Assembly (NCBI GenBank): GCA_963716175.1
Contig: OY970296.1
Span: 1,760,001-1,824,000, forward strand
Length of the DNA stretch: 64,000 bases
From: an uncultured Armatimonadetes bacterium
GTDB lineage: Bacteria; Armatimonadota; Hebobacteria; Hebobacterales; Hebobacteraceae
Reading direction: 5' to 3'
A program made the translations under genes and the position numbers. Positions 18,843 to 27,710 of the stretch are shown in pieces. The notes under the pieces are model-generated. The model saw nothing but the letters and a program-made list of their open reading frames with translations. It did not search any database and had not been told where the DNA came from. The number at the start of each line of letters is the position of its first letter. Positions within the stretch are counted from its first letter, which is position 1.

Positions 18843-19538
18843 GTGCACATTCCCGAAGGCTATCTCGGTCCGCAGACCTACGGGGCCGCTTATGCGGTGA
18901 TGGTCCCGATCTGGTGGCTGGCCGGGCGCGCCGCAAAGCGCACGCTGAGCGCGCGCAAGGTGCCATTGCTGGCGATTGGCGCGGCCTTCAGCTTCGTGAT
19001 CATGATGTTCAACATCCCCATCCCGGGCGGCTCCACGGGGCACGCCACCGGAGCGCCGCTGGTGGCGATTCTGCTCGGCCCCTGGGCGGGGGTGCTGGTG
19101 ATCTCGGTGGTGCTGGCGGTGCAGGCCTTCCTGTTCGGGGATGGCGGCATCACCGCACTGGGCGCGAACTGCTTCAACATGGCCTTCGTGCTGCCGTTCT
19201 CCAGCTACGCGGTCTACCGGCTGATTTCGCTCGGCTCTGCGGCCAGCTCTCGCCGCCGCACCATCGCCGCGGGCGCCGCGGGCTATGTGGGTCTCAACCT
19301 GGCGGCGCTGACCACAGCCGTGATGTTCGGCCTGCAGCCACTGCTGGCGCACGCCGCCGATGGCCGGCCTCTCTACAGCCCCTATCCGCTCGGGGTGGCG
19401 GTTCCGGTCATGGTCGGCTGGCACCTGCTGGTCTTCGGGTGGGTGGAGGCGATTGTCACCGCGCTGGCGGTGGCCTACTTCGCGGCCACTGAGCCCGGGC
19501 TACTGGCCCCGGCGCCGGCGACGGAGAAGGCGAGCTGA
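18843..19538 (+). CDS. cbiM: Ni/Co ECF transporter S component
   Basis: MHIPEGYL N-terminus; GGSTGH; FGDGGITALGANCFNM. Confidence 0.93.
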   Translation: MHIPEGYLGPQTYGAAYAVMVPIWWLAGRAAKRTLSARKVPLLAIGAAFSFVIMMFNIPIPGGSTGHATGAPLVAILLGPWAGVLVISVVLAVQAFLFGDGGITALGANCFNMAFVLPFSSYAVYRLISLGSAASSRRRTIAAGAAGYVGLNLAALTTAVMFGLQPLLAHAADGRPLYSPYPLGVAVPVMVGWHLLVFGWVEAIVTALAVAYFAATEPGLLAPAPATEKAS

Positions 19539-19882
19539 TGCGGACGCGCGCTCTCTGGGTGGTCGTGGCTCTGCTGGCAGTGCTCACCCCCCTCGGCCTG
19601 TGGCTGCCGCAGCGCCTGGGCGCGAGAGAGGCCTGGGGAGAGTGGGCGCCGGAGGAAGTGGGCCGACAGCTCGGGTTCGTGCCCCGCGGGCTGGGCCGTC
19701 TGGCCGACCTCTGGAAAGCGCCGATCCCCGACTATGCGCCTCGGGGTTGGGAGGCGAGACCGTTCCTGCAGCAGGGCCTGGCCTATGTGTTCTCTGCTCT
19801 GCTGGGCATCGCGGTCTGTGCCGCCGCCATCTGGCTGCTGGGCCGTGTGATCGCGCGCCGGGAAAGAAGCGATGCTCCCTGA
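19538..19882 (+). CDS. Ni/Co transporter accessory component (NikN/PDGLE-like)
   Basis: LTPLGL...AWGEW...APIPDY with two TMs, between cbiM and cbiQ. Confidence 0.85.
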   Translation: MRTRALWVVVALLAVLTPLGLWLPQRLGAREAWGEWAPEEVGRQLGFVPRGLGRLADLWKAPIPDYAPRGWEARPFLQQGLAYVFSALLGIAVCAAAIWLLGRVIARRERSDAP

Positions 19883-20807
19883 CTGGGTATCTCAGCCGGC
19901 CGCGCCGCGACCCTTGCGGGCACGGGGGAGTGGTCGCTTCCTCGAGCGCTCTCTGCGCCAGAGCGCGCGGCTGGTGGAGGAGGCGGTGTTCGCGGAGCGC
20001 GTCGCTCGCCGCCCCGGGTTCCTTCAGCGCCTCGACCCGCGGGTGAAGCTGCTGTCCCTGGTCGGGCTGCTGGTGGCGGCCAGCTTCCTGCGCCATCTGC
20101 CTTCTCTGTGGCTGCTGGCGGGCGGTGTGGTGGCGGCGGCCGCGCTCTCGCGAGTTGGGCTGCGGGTGCTCTTTCATCGGGCGTGGTGGTTTCTTCCGGC
20201 AACGTTTGTGCTGATCGCCCTGCCGGCCGCCCTCAGTCTGATCACACCAGGTGACCCTCTGGTGATCCTCTACCGCAACGAGGCCCTGACCAGGATCGGT
20301 CCGCTGTCTCTGCCTTCCGAGGTGAGCATTACCCGGCAGGGCCTGGCGGCGGCCGGTCTGGTGATCACGCGGCTCTTCCTGGGGGTGCTGCTGGCGGTCA
20401 CCTTGACCCTGACGACACGTTGGCAGGACCTGCTGAAGGCCGCTTACACCACGGCGACGGCGCCCTTTGTGCTGACGCTGGCGATGACCTATCGCTATCT
20501 GTTCGTGCTGCTCCGCACGGCAGAGAACATGCACCTGGGTCGGCAGGCGCGCACCATATCGCCCGCGCCGCTCGCCGAGCAGCACCGCTGGGTGGGAGGC
20601 CGCATCGCCGCCCTCTTTCTCCGATCGCGCCGCCTGAGTGAAGAGGTCTACCAGGCGATGGTGGCGCGGGGGTATCGAGGGGAACCGAAGGGATTGGCAT
20701 CCGCTCGCTTCCGGCTGGCGGAGGCGGGCTGGCTGCTGGGTTGCGCGGCCGCGGCCGCGTTGGCTCTCTTCCTGGACCGCGGCGTGCTGGCGGTGCTGCG
20801 ATGGTGA
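19872..20807 (+). CDS. cbiQ: ECF transmembrane T component
   Basis: LQRLDPRVKL, MTYRYLFVL, VYQAMVARGY. Confidence 0.92.
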   Translation: MLPDWVSQPAAPRPLRARGSGRFLERSLRQSARLVEEAVFAERVARRPGFLQRLDPRVKLLSLVGLLVAASFLRHLPSLWLLAGGVVAAAALSRVGLRVLFHRAWWFLPATFVLIALPAALSLITPGDPLVILYRNEALTRIGPLSLPSEVSITRQGLAAAGLVITRLFLGVLLAVTLTLTTRWQDLLKAAYTTATAPFVLTLAMTYRYLFVLLRTAENMHLGRQARTISPAPLAEQHRWVGGRIAALFLRSRRLSEEVYQAMVARGYRGEPKGLASARFRLAEAGWLLGCAAAAALALFLDRGVLAVLRW

Positions 20808-21610
20808 ACGGAATCTTCCGCGTGAGTTCGGTCAGCTATCACTACCCTGACGGCCGGCCGGGCCTCGAGCAGGCGTCGCTTTCGATAGCGGAGCACGAGA
20901 GCCTGGTGATCCTGGGCGCCAATGCTTCGGGGAAGTCCACGCTGCTGCGCCTGCTGGCCGGCCTGGCCTTCCCCGCCACGGGTTCGATTCACGCCTTCGA
21001 TGTCAGGCTGAGCGAGGCGGCGCTGCGCGATGGAGAGTTCGGGCGGAGGTTTCGCCAGCGGGTGGGCTTGCTGTTTCAAGAAGTGGAGGCGATGCTCTTC
21101 AACCCTACGGTCTACGACGAGATCGCATTCGGCCCGCTCCAGCTCGACCTGCCAGCGGAGGAGGTGCGCCGCCGGGTGGAGGAGATGATCGCGCTGCTGG
21201 GGCTGAGAGACATTGCCCAGCAGCCGCCTCATGCCCTCAGCGGCGGCGAGAAAAAGAAGGTGGCGCTGGCGGCGCTGCTCGCGGTCTCGCCGGAGGTGCT
21301 GCTGCTGGACGAGCCCACCGCCGGCCTGGACCCGCGCTTTCAGCGCTGGTTCGTGGAGACCGCAGTGGAGCTGCGGGGCCTGGGGAAGACGCTGGTCACT
21401 GCCACCCACGACCTTCACATCGTGCCGGAGATCGGCGACCGGGTGATCGTGCTGGGGGAGGACCACCGGATCGCCGCCGCCGGCCCGCCCTCCGAAATCC
21501 TGAGCAACGTCGAGCTGCTGCTCGCGGTGAACCTGATCCACGAACATGCGCACCCACACGATGGTGACATACACCTGCACCCGCACGCGCATTTGCATGG
21601 GCACTGCTGA
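20801..21610 (+). CDS. cbiO: ECF ATPase with His-rich tail
   Basis: GANASGKST, LSGGEKKKV, LLLDEPT; C-terminal HEHAHPHDGDIHLHPHAHLHGH. Confidence 0.92.
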   Translation: MVNGIFRVSSVSYHYPDGRPGLEQASLSIAEHESLVILGANASGKSTLLRLLAGLAFPATGSIHAFDVRLSEAALRDGEFGRRFRQRVGLLFQEVEAMLFNPTVYDEIAFGPLQLDLPAEEVRRRVEEMIALLGLRDIAQQPPHALSGGEKKKVALAALLAVSPEVLLLDEPTAGLDPRFQRWFVETAVELRGLGKTLVTATHDLHIVPEIGDRVIVLGEDHRIAAAGPPSEILSNVELLLAVNLIHEHAHPHDGDIHLHPHAHLHGHC

Positions 21611-21703
21611 AGATCAGCCGCGGTTGAACGCGGATGAACGCAGATGCAGCCGCAATCCCGTCCCGGCAAGAGAAAGCCTGGAATTCCTCGGTGAGATTCC
21701 AGT

Positions 21704-22285
21704 TCAATCCGTCGGACGAAATGCTTCGTAGTCCGGCCTATCGTGCGGCGTCCCGAGCCCAGTGGCAAAGCTGGGCACGCCCGCTGGCCTCCGGCCTTGC
21801 AGTAGGTCTCTGGCCAAGGCCCGCAGTTCACACGGGAACAGCGCCTCATCCTCTATCTGTGCGAGGGGGAGCCATTCGCCAGGCGCGCCCTCGCCGTCTT
21901 TGAGTTGCAGTGGCGCCTCTTGATTATCGAGCAACCGGGCCCAGAGGTACACCTCTAGACCGTAAGCATGGTTGGGATAATCCCCTTCCTGCCCCCAGCC
22001 AGTCGCCTTCTTTGCCGCCACCACAGAGACGTTTTTGGGGATCACCCACTCCCTGAGGAAGGCCACAGACTTGACCTGCACCCCTAACCCCGTCTCTTCC
22101 AGCACTTCCCTTTCCCCTGCCTCATAGAGCGTCTCGTTCGGCTCCAGCCCTCCGCCAGGAAGGCAGCGATAGTGCTGCGGGCCGCGACCCGCAAGGTCTG
22201 GCCCCGGGGTGTTGAGCAGCATCTTGCCCTCGTGGACGACGATGACCCGCGTGCGGATGTGGCGGTAGATATTGTGAGTGAACAT
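21704..22285 (-). CDS. NUDIX hydrolase
   Basis: GGGLEPNETLYEAGEREVLEETGL Nudix box. Confidence 0.9.
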   Translation of the reverse strand: MFTHNIYRHIRTRVIVVHEGKMLLNTPGPDLAGRGPQHYRCLPGGGLEPNETLYEAGEREVLEETGLGVQVKSVAFLREWVIPKNVSVVAAKKATGWGQEGDYPNHAYGLEVYLWARLLDNQEAPLQLKDGEGAPGEWLPLAQIEDEALFPCELRALARDLLQGRRPAGVPSFATGLGTPHDRPDYEAFRPTD

Positions 22286-22314
22286 GATACCCCCCTCCAG
22301 CCGTGGTCGGCGGG

Positions 22315-22539
22315 CTACAGCGCCAGGAATTCGTCCACCGAGAGCCCGGCTTCTCTGACAACCGCTCTCACGGTGCCCTCTGGCAAGTCGCCGGGGTGGT
22401 TCGGGACGGTAATCCGGCGTCTGGTCACGGGGTGCCGCCAGATTTCATGACTCCCCTTTGCCTGGCGGTCGAAGACAAAGCCCGCGCGCCGCAGCCGCGA
22501 GATTACGTCGGTTGCCGAGAGGCCGGCCAGTCTCCCCAC
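22315..22539 (-). CDS. hicA: Type II TA toxin, HicA family
   Basis: LRRAGFVFDRQAKGSHEIW...ITVPNHPGDLPEGT. Confidence 0.9.
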   Translation of the reverse strand: MGRLAGLSATDVISRLRRAGFVFDRQAKGSHEIWRHPVTRRRITVPNHPGDLPEGTVRAVVREAGLSVDEFLAL

Positions 22540-22781
22540 TACGCAGCCACGGCAATGCGGAGATGGATGGGTTCCCCTGAAGCCTGTGGCAGTTCGGGGG
22601 GAAGCGGGTCCCCGTGCTCCAGACACGACTCAATCAGCTTCCTCGCGACGTCTTGAGCGATCTCCAGTGTTTCGGCCAGAGTTCGACCCTGTGCAACCAA
22701 TCCCTGGAGCACCGGACTGGTAGCCAAATACCCGCCCTCAGGTAGCTTCTCGACTACAATCTCCAGCAGATGCTCGGCCAT
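22539..22781 (-). CDS. hicB: Type II TA antitoxin, short HicB family
   Basis: EGGYLATSPVLQGLVAQGRTLAETLEIAQD. Confidence 0.88.
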   Translation of the reverse strand: MAEHLLEIVVEKLPEGGYLATSPVLQGLVAQGRTLAETLEIAQDVARKLIESCLEHGDPLPPELPQASGEPIHLRIAVAA

Positions 22782-22879
22782 AATCCTCTCCGCATCTGCA
22801 TTATAGCACAATCCGCGGGCCTGGCCCTCTTCGGGAGGCGGGTTCGCGTCCACTTGTGCTATAATGCCATCGGCAAGCT

Positions 22880-23205
22880 GTGATCGTGCTAGACGGGGAG
22901 CTAGCGGTGCCCTGCACCCGCAATCCGCTATAGCGGGGTCGAACTCCCGTCCGAGGGCGTGTCGTTTGGGGTCTGTGGGGGCGTAAGCGGTGTTGACGGT
23001 CGGGCCCTGCGCAGCGGGCGCTTTGCGAACCCCGTCAGGTCCGGAAGGAAGCAGCGGTAAGCAACGGGGCCTGTGTGCCGCAGACCGTCCGACCCGAGTG
23101 GCTAGGCCTGCCTATGGCAGGCCGCCACCCCGGCCCGAAAGGGCTTAGGGGCCGGCTGCGCTCATTCCGCCTGGGCGATCCGTTCGACGGCGGGTGCACG
23201 ATCAC
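22880..23205 (+). ncRNA. ffs: Signal recognition particle RNA, large (Alu-containing) type, with a 53-nt insertion
   Basis: TCAGGTCCGGAAGGAAGCAGC core; Alu-like GGGGAGCTAGCGGTGCCCTG...CAATCCGCT; termini GTGATCGTGC/GCACGATCAC pair; TGCTATAAT extended -10 upstream. Confidence 0.93.
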
Positions 23206-23206
23206 T

Positions 23207-23233
23207 TATGGGGCGGGGTCTAAGACCCCGCCC
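23207..23233. repeat. REP-like palindrome or terminator after the SRP RNA
   Basis: GGGCGGGGTCTAAGACCCCGCCC. Confidence 0.6.
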
Positions 23234-23399
23234 TTCTACTTCGCCCCAGCCCGTCTGCCTTCCCGAGACCCCAGAAGCCGGCCTAGACGGCGCAAATCGC
23301 GTTTCTGGCCAGGGCAGAGGTCAAGGCAGCGCCACGGGCGAAAAACCCGCAGGGCCTGCCATCAGTCTCGGGACCTAACGCCTTCCAGGAGAGACGACG

Positions 23400-24428
23400 A
23401 TGACGGTCTGCCGACATCTGCTGCTGATGCTAGGTCTGGCCGTGGTTGTGCTTCAGAGTGATCCTGCCGGCGCCTCCGCCGCCTTCGCATCGCCGAGCAT
23501 CCCCAAGACAGTGATCTCAAACGGCGTTCTGGAGGCGGTGGTACTGCTGCCTGACCCGAAGGCCGGCTACTACCGGGGCTCGCGATTCGACTGGTCAGGG
23601 CTGATCGCTCGGGTGAAGTATCAGGGCCACACCTATTACGGGGAGTGGAGAACACCCCATGATCCAGAGGGCAATGATGGTGTGGTAGGGCCGGCGGAGG
23701 AGTTCGGCATGGGCGGCCCAGGCCTGCCGGGGCCGCTAGGCTATGCAGAGGCGAGTCCAGGGGGCACGTTCATCAAGATCGGCGTCGGGTTACTGGAGAA
23801 GGTCGAAGAGCCCAGCTATCACTATGGGAACGACTACCGGATAGTCAAGCCGGGGGATTGGAAGATCCAAAGCGGCAAGACCTGGGTGGAATTCCGTCAG
23901 GAGTTGAGGGATGCCAGCGGCTGGGGCTATAGCTACACGAAGAGAGTGAGCCTGGTGAAGGATCGCCCGGAGCTGGTCATCACTCACTCCCTCAAGAATA
24001 CCGGCTCAAAGCCCATCGTGACCAGGCAGTACTGCCACAACTTCACGATCATAGATGATGAGCCCATCGGCCCGGACTACACGGTGCGATTCCCATTCCC
24101 GGTCAAGGCCGAGAGCAGCTTGGGCAACCTTGCGCAGGTGCACGGGAACGCGATCAGCTTCCCCACGACGCTGAAGGAAGACGAGGAGGTGGACGCTGAC
24201 CTCGGCGGCTTCTCAGGATTGGCAGGTGACAACGGGGTGATCATTGAGAACCGGAAGACGAGAGCAGGAGTGAGCGTCAAGGGCGATAGGCCACTGGTGC
24301 AGCTCCACCTCTATGCCGTGACCACCGCGGCCTGCCCCGAGCCATTCGTGCAGATACGAGCCACCCCCGGAGAGCAGGATGACTGGGAGACCAGATACAC
24401 GTTCTTCCAGATGGGGGCGCGTGAGTGA
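23400..24428 (+). CDS. Secreted hypothetical protein, probable galactose-mutarotase-like fold
   Basis: Signal peptide; YYRGSRFDWSG, HSLKNTG, YCHNF, CPEPF. Confidence 0.7.
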   Translation: MTVCRHLLLMLGLAVVVLQSDPAGASAAFASPSIPKTVISNGVLEAVVLLPDPKAGYYRGSRFDWSGLIARVKYQGHTYYGEWRTPHDPEGNDGVVGPAEEFGMGGPGLPGPLGYAEASPGGTFIKIGVGLLEKVEEPSYHYGNDYRIVKPGDWKIQSGKTWVEFRQELRDASGWGYSYTKRVSLVKDRPELVITHSLKNTGSKPIVTRQYCHNFTIIDDEPIGPDYTVRFPFPVKAESSLGNLAQVHGNAISFPTTLKEDEEVDADLGGFSGLAGDNGVIIENRKTRAGVSVKGDRPLVQLHLYAVTTAACPEPFVQIRATPGEQDDWETRYTFFQMGARE

Positions 24429-24570
24429 TGGGGCTGTCACCTCGGTGCCGGGAAGCTCCTGCCCAACGGATAGAAGCGGGCGGAGTCCGCCGCAGCGGAC
24501 TCCGCCCATTGCTTTCCCACCGGCCGGCTCAGCAGAGCAGCCGAGCCGGGCAAGCAGGGCTCGAGCTGAG

Positions 24571-25566
24571 TTAGGTCGCGGGCGACCCTATGCCATCCCA
24601 GGCCTCCGGCATACACTGGCAGTCATAGCCTTCCAGACCGGGATGGGGGTTGGCCCGGGTCCCGGCGGCCGCGATGATCGCATCCGCCGCCCACCAGGCA
24701 GCATGCCCATCCAGGAAGCCGAGGTTGCTGCCGCCCATGTGGCGCGTGTACTGCTTGCGGAAGCTGGAGTCGGTCCAGAACTTGTTGGTAAGGTCGAGGG
24801 ACAGGCCGCAGCTAACGGTGTCCGAACAGTTTTCCCACTGGGCGCCGCAACTGCGGTCCACGTTGGCGCCCCATTTCGTCCGGCACAAGTCGGCGAATGC
24901 GACCTGCTCGAACGCCCACGAGTTGGAATGCGCGGCGTCGGCGGTGATGATGAACTTCACCGGGTCCTCAATGCTGCTCAGCTTTCTGTCGCGGTTCTCC
25001 TCATTGGTGGCGAGGTCAATCTCGGGCGCGCCCGAGTCCGCTGACGGGGTGGCGTACCAATCCGCGTTCTGGTTGGAGTCGGTGACCGTGCCGCCCCAGC
25101 CTTCCGGCCAGCCATACGTGCAGTTGGCGTAGAACCCGCCGTTTTTCCAGTAGCTGAGCCAGTCGGCTCGCCCCGGCACGATCATCCCGGGGTAGTGCAC
25201 CAGCTTGGCGCTTGGGCACCTCCAGACGTCGCGGTTCTTCACGTATTCGTCGAGGACCACCGGCCATTTCAGGTAGGGATTGCCCTGGTAATAGCAGCAG
25301 CCCTGCGTCTCGCAAGAGCCCCCAATGTTAGTTGAGAACCACTGGTAGACCTCCTGCCTGTGCTCGCCAGGCGGGAAACTCTCCCAGTCCCCCACGTACA
25401 TCTGGAAAGCCATAGCGATGTTCTTCACGTTAGAAAGGCACTGAATCTTGCGGGCCGATTCCCGCGCGCGTGCGAAGACCGGGAAGAGCATCGCCGCCAG
25501 GATCGCGATGATCGCGATCACGACCAACAGCTCAATCAGGGTGAAGCCTCTAGCTTTCCGCGTCAT
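24571..25566 (-). CDS. DUF1559 prepilin-type N-terminal cleavage/methylation protein with H-X9-DG C-terminal motif
   Basis: RGFTLIELLVVIAIIAILAAMLFPVFARARE; RHMGGSNLGFLDGHA. Confidence 0.93.
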   Translation of the reverse strand: MTRKARGFTLIELLVVIAIIAILAAMLFPVFARARESARKIQCLSNVKNIAMAFQMYVGDWESFPPGEHRQEVYQWFSTNIGGSCETQGCCYYQGNPYLKWPVVLDEYVKNRDVWRCPSAKLVHYPGMIVPGRADWLSYWKNGGFYANCTYGWPEGWGGTVTDSNQNADWYATPSADSGAPEIDLATNEENRDRKLSSIEDPVKFIITADAAHSNSWAFEQVAFADLCRTKWGANVDRSCGAQWENCSDTVSCGLSLDLTNKFWTDSSFRKQYTRHMGGSNLGFLDGHAAWWAADAIIAAAGTRANPHPGLEGYDCQCMPEAWDGIGSPAT

Positions 25567-25775
25567 GTAAGGCCTTGCCTCCTCACGGCAGAATGGGAAC
25601 AGGCCACTCCAGAACCTGGGCCGCCTGCTACCTCCTTTCCGGCGCCTTGATCTCGGCTGGCGAGCCCACTGAAGCCGGCCCGGTTCCCGCGGCGCCGTCG
25701 CGGCCTGCGCCTCAACCAACTTCAACCCAGCCGGTCTAGTGGCTCGCTCGTAGCGCTGAACAGGAATCCCAACAG

Positions 25776-25805
25776 AAAAAGGCGCTCCGCGGATGCGGAA
25801 GCGCC
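25776..25805 (-). terminator. Intrinsic terminator inside the 5' leader of DUF1559 gene 1
   Basis: Minus strand GGCGCTTCCGC-ATCC-GCGGAGCGCC-TTTTT. Confidence 0.75.
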
Positions 25806-25947
25806 TCGTGCTGTCATCCGACGCGTCGCCAAGGCCGGGCACTGCGTCCCGATCCCGGCCGGCAAGTACCAGCCCGAAGCACCCAGCAGGCCGACCATGC
25901 CACCTCTCCAACTGAGAACCACTGTCGGTCTAACGCTTGCCAGGATC

Positions 25948-25976
25948 AGGGTATCACGGCGGCAGGCTGTAGTCAA
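25948..25976 (-). promoter_or_regulatory. Sigma70-type promoter of DUF1559 gene 1
   Basis: TTGACT-N17-TACCCT with TGn extension; conserved at 27509-27537. Confidence 0.7.
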
Positions 25977-26094
25977 GGGAGCGGGCCCGCCTGGGGAGGT
26001 CTGAAAAGTTGGGCGGAGTGCGCCTGAGGCGCACTCCGCCCGGTACTCAACCAACTCCTGCAGACGGGCCGAGGCCGTCCCCGCCCGTGTCAGG

Positions 26095-27129
26095 TCACAT
26101 ACCTTCCGGCAGACACTGACAGTTCACGCCCTCCAGGAAGGCGGTCCCGGTCCCGCCCGGGCGACCTCCGGAGCCGGAGAACAGCAGAGCACCACCGGAG
26201 TCTGGGTTCGGGTTGTGGCGGTTTCCGGCCGCGGCGATGATGGCGTCAGCGGCCATCCAGGCGGCGTGGCCATCCACGAAGCCGAGGTTGCTGCCCCCTA
26301 GGTGGCGGGCGTACTGCTTGCGGTAGCTGGCGTCATTCCAGAACCTGTTGACCGCGTCAAGCGAAATGCCGCAGCTCTGGGTTTCGGAGCAGTTGACCCA
26401 GTCGGCGCCGCAGTCCCGGTCCACAATGTGGCCCCAGCCGCAGCGGCAGACATCGGGAAAGGCAACCTGCTCGATCTTGCCCCACCAGGGCTCGTTGCTG
26501 GCATCGGCGACAACGACGTGCGCCGAGGGGTTGTTGACGGTAGATAGTGGTTTGCCCTGGTTGTGTTCGTACATACTGATGCCGAACTCGACCGCGCCGG
26601 TATCCGCGCTCGGCTTTTGGCCGGCACCACACACATTCTGGTCGGTGTCGGTGGCGGTTCCACCCCAGCCGACCGGCCAGTTGTCGCAGCAGGCGCCGTA
26701 GTGCTTGGCGGAGTCCGAGAACTGCTGGAACCAGTCGGGGTAGGGCATGACGGATGCCGCATAGGAGGGTCGCTTCGCGCTCGGACACCTCCATACGTCG
26801 CGGTTCTTGACGTATTCGTCCAGGATCACCGGCCAGCGCAGGTAGGGGTTGGCCTGGGTGGAGCAACATCCGGGGCTAGTGTCGCCGCCGCAGTCGCTGA
26901 ACCAGGCATTGACATTGCCGTTGGTCTCGGCCGGTGGGAACCGGTCATAGTCGGTGAAGTACATCTGCACCGCCATGGCGATGTTCTTCACATTGGACAG
27001 GCACTGAATCTTGCGCGCCGATTCACGTGCACGCGCAAATACGGGGAACAGCATTGCGGCCAGGATCGCGATGATCGCGATCACAACCAGCAGCTCGATC
27101 AGGGTGAAGCCTCTACTCTTTCGCATCAT
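26095..27129 (-). CDS. DUF1559 prepilin-type protein, paralogue 2
   Basis: RGFTLIELLVVIAII...; RHLGGSNLGFVDGHA. Confidence 0.93.
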   Translation of the reverse strand: MMRKSRGFTLIELLVVIAIIAILAAMLFPVFARARESARKIQCLSNVKNIAMAVQMYFTDYDRFPPAETNGNVNAWFSDCGGDTSPGCCSTQANPYLRWPVILDEYVKNRDVWRCPSAKRPSYAASVMPYPDWFQQFSDSAKHYGACCDNWPVGWGGTATDTDQNVCGAGQKPSADTGAVEFGISMYEHNQGKPLSTVNNPSAHVVVADASNEPWWGKIEQVAFPDVCRCGWGHIVDRDCGADWVNCSETQSCGISLDAVNRFWNDASYRKQYARHLGGSNLGFVDGHAAWMAADAIIAAAGNRHNPNPDSGGALLFSGSGGRPGGTGTAFLEGVNCQCLPEGM

Positions 27130-27333
27130 GTAAAGTCCTGCCTCCTCGCGGCACAATGCAAATCTCCTGCTCCCGGACCCGGGGCCGCTCGCTACCTCCT
27201 TCCTGGCGCCTGCGTCTCGGCTAGCAGGGCTACTGCAGCCGGCGCGGTTCCTGCGGCGCCATCGCGGCCTGCGGATCAATCAACCTCAACCGGGCCGGCC
27301 TAGGGCCCCGGCTGTAGCGCTGAGAGGAACCCC

Positions 27334-27367
27334 AAAAAGAAAGGCACTCCCCGGATGCGGAAGCGCC
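27334..27367 (-). terminator. Intrinsic terminator inside the 5' leader of DUF1559 gene 2
   Basis: Minus strand GGCGCTTCCGCATCCGGGGAGTGCC-TTTCTTTTT. Confidence 0.7.
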
Positions 27368-27508
27368 CTGTATCGTTCTGTCGCGCGTCATCGAGCCCGG
27401 GCGCTGCCCGGAACTCGCCCAGCAAGCAGGAACCCGAAGGGCCCACCAAGTGAAGCATGCCACGTCCCCAAGTGAAGATCACAGTGCGGTTTAAGGCTTG
27501 CCAGCGTT

Positions 27509-27537
27509 AGCGTATCACAGCGGCAGGCTGTAGTCAA
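27509..27537 (-). promoter_or_regulatory. Sigma70-type promoter of DUF1559 gene 2
   Basis: TTGACT-N17-TACGCT. Confidence 0.7.
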
Positions 27538-27710
27538 GGGGACCCGGGGCGCCGCGCCGGCACTCGGCCTCAGCTTGTCGGGCGGCGGCCTGACAAGGCC
27601 CACGTCGCGTGGTATAATCACAACCGGGACCAGTGGTTTCCGGCGACAGGGGGCCCTGGCGGTTTCCCCTGGACGGCAAGAAGCTCTCTGGTTTCCTTCT
27701 TGGGGGACGA

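Noticed and set aside
23075-23461. 128-aa ORF
   Set aside because: It overlaps the SRP RNA 3' part and the repeat module and has no protein motif.
25567-25976. c-di-GMP-I riboswitch in the DUF1559 leader
   Set aside because: GGGACGCA occurs in one leader only, with no GCAAA/GAAA elements, and is not conserved in the paralogous leader.
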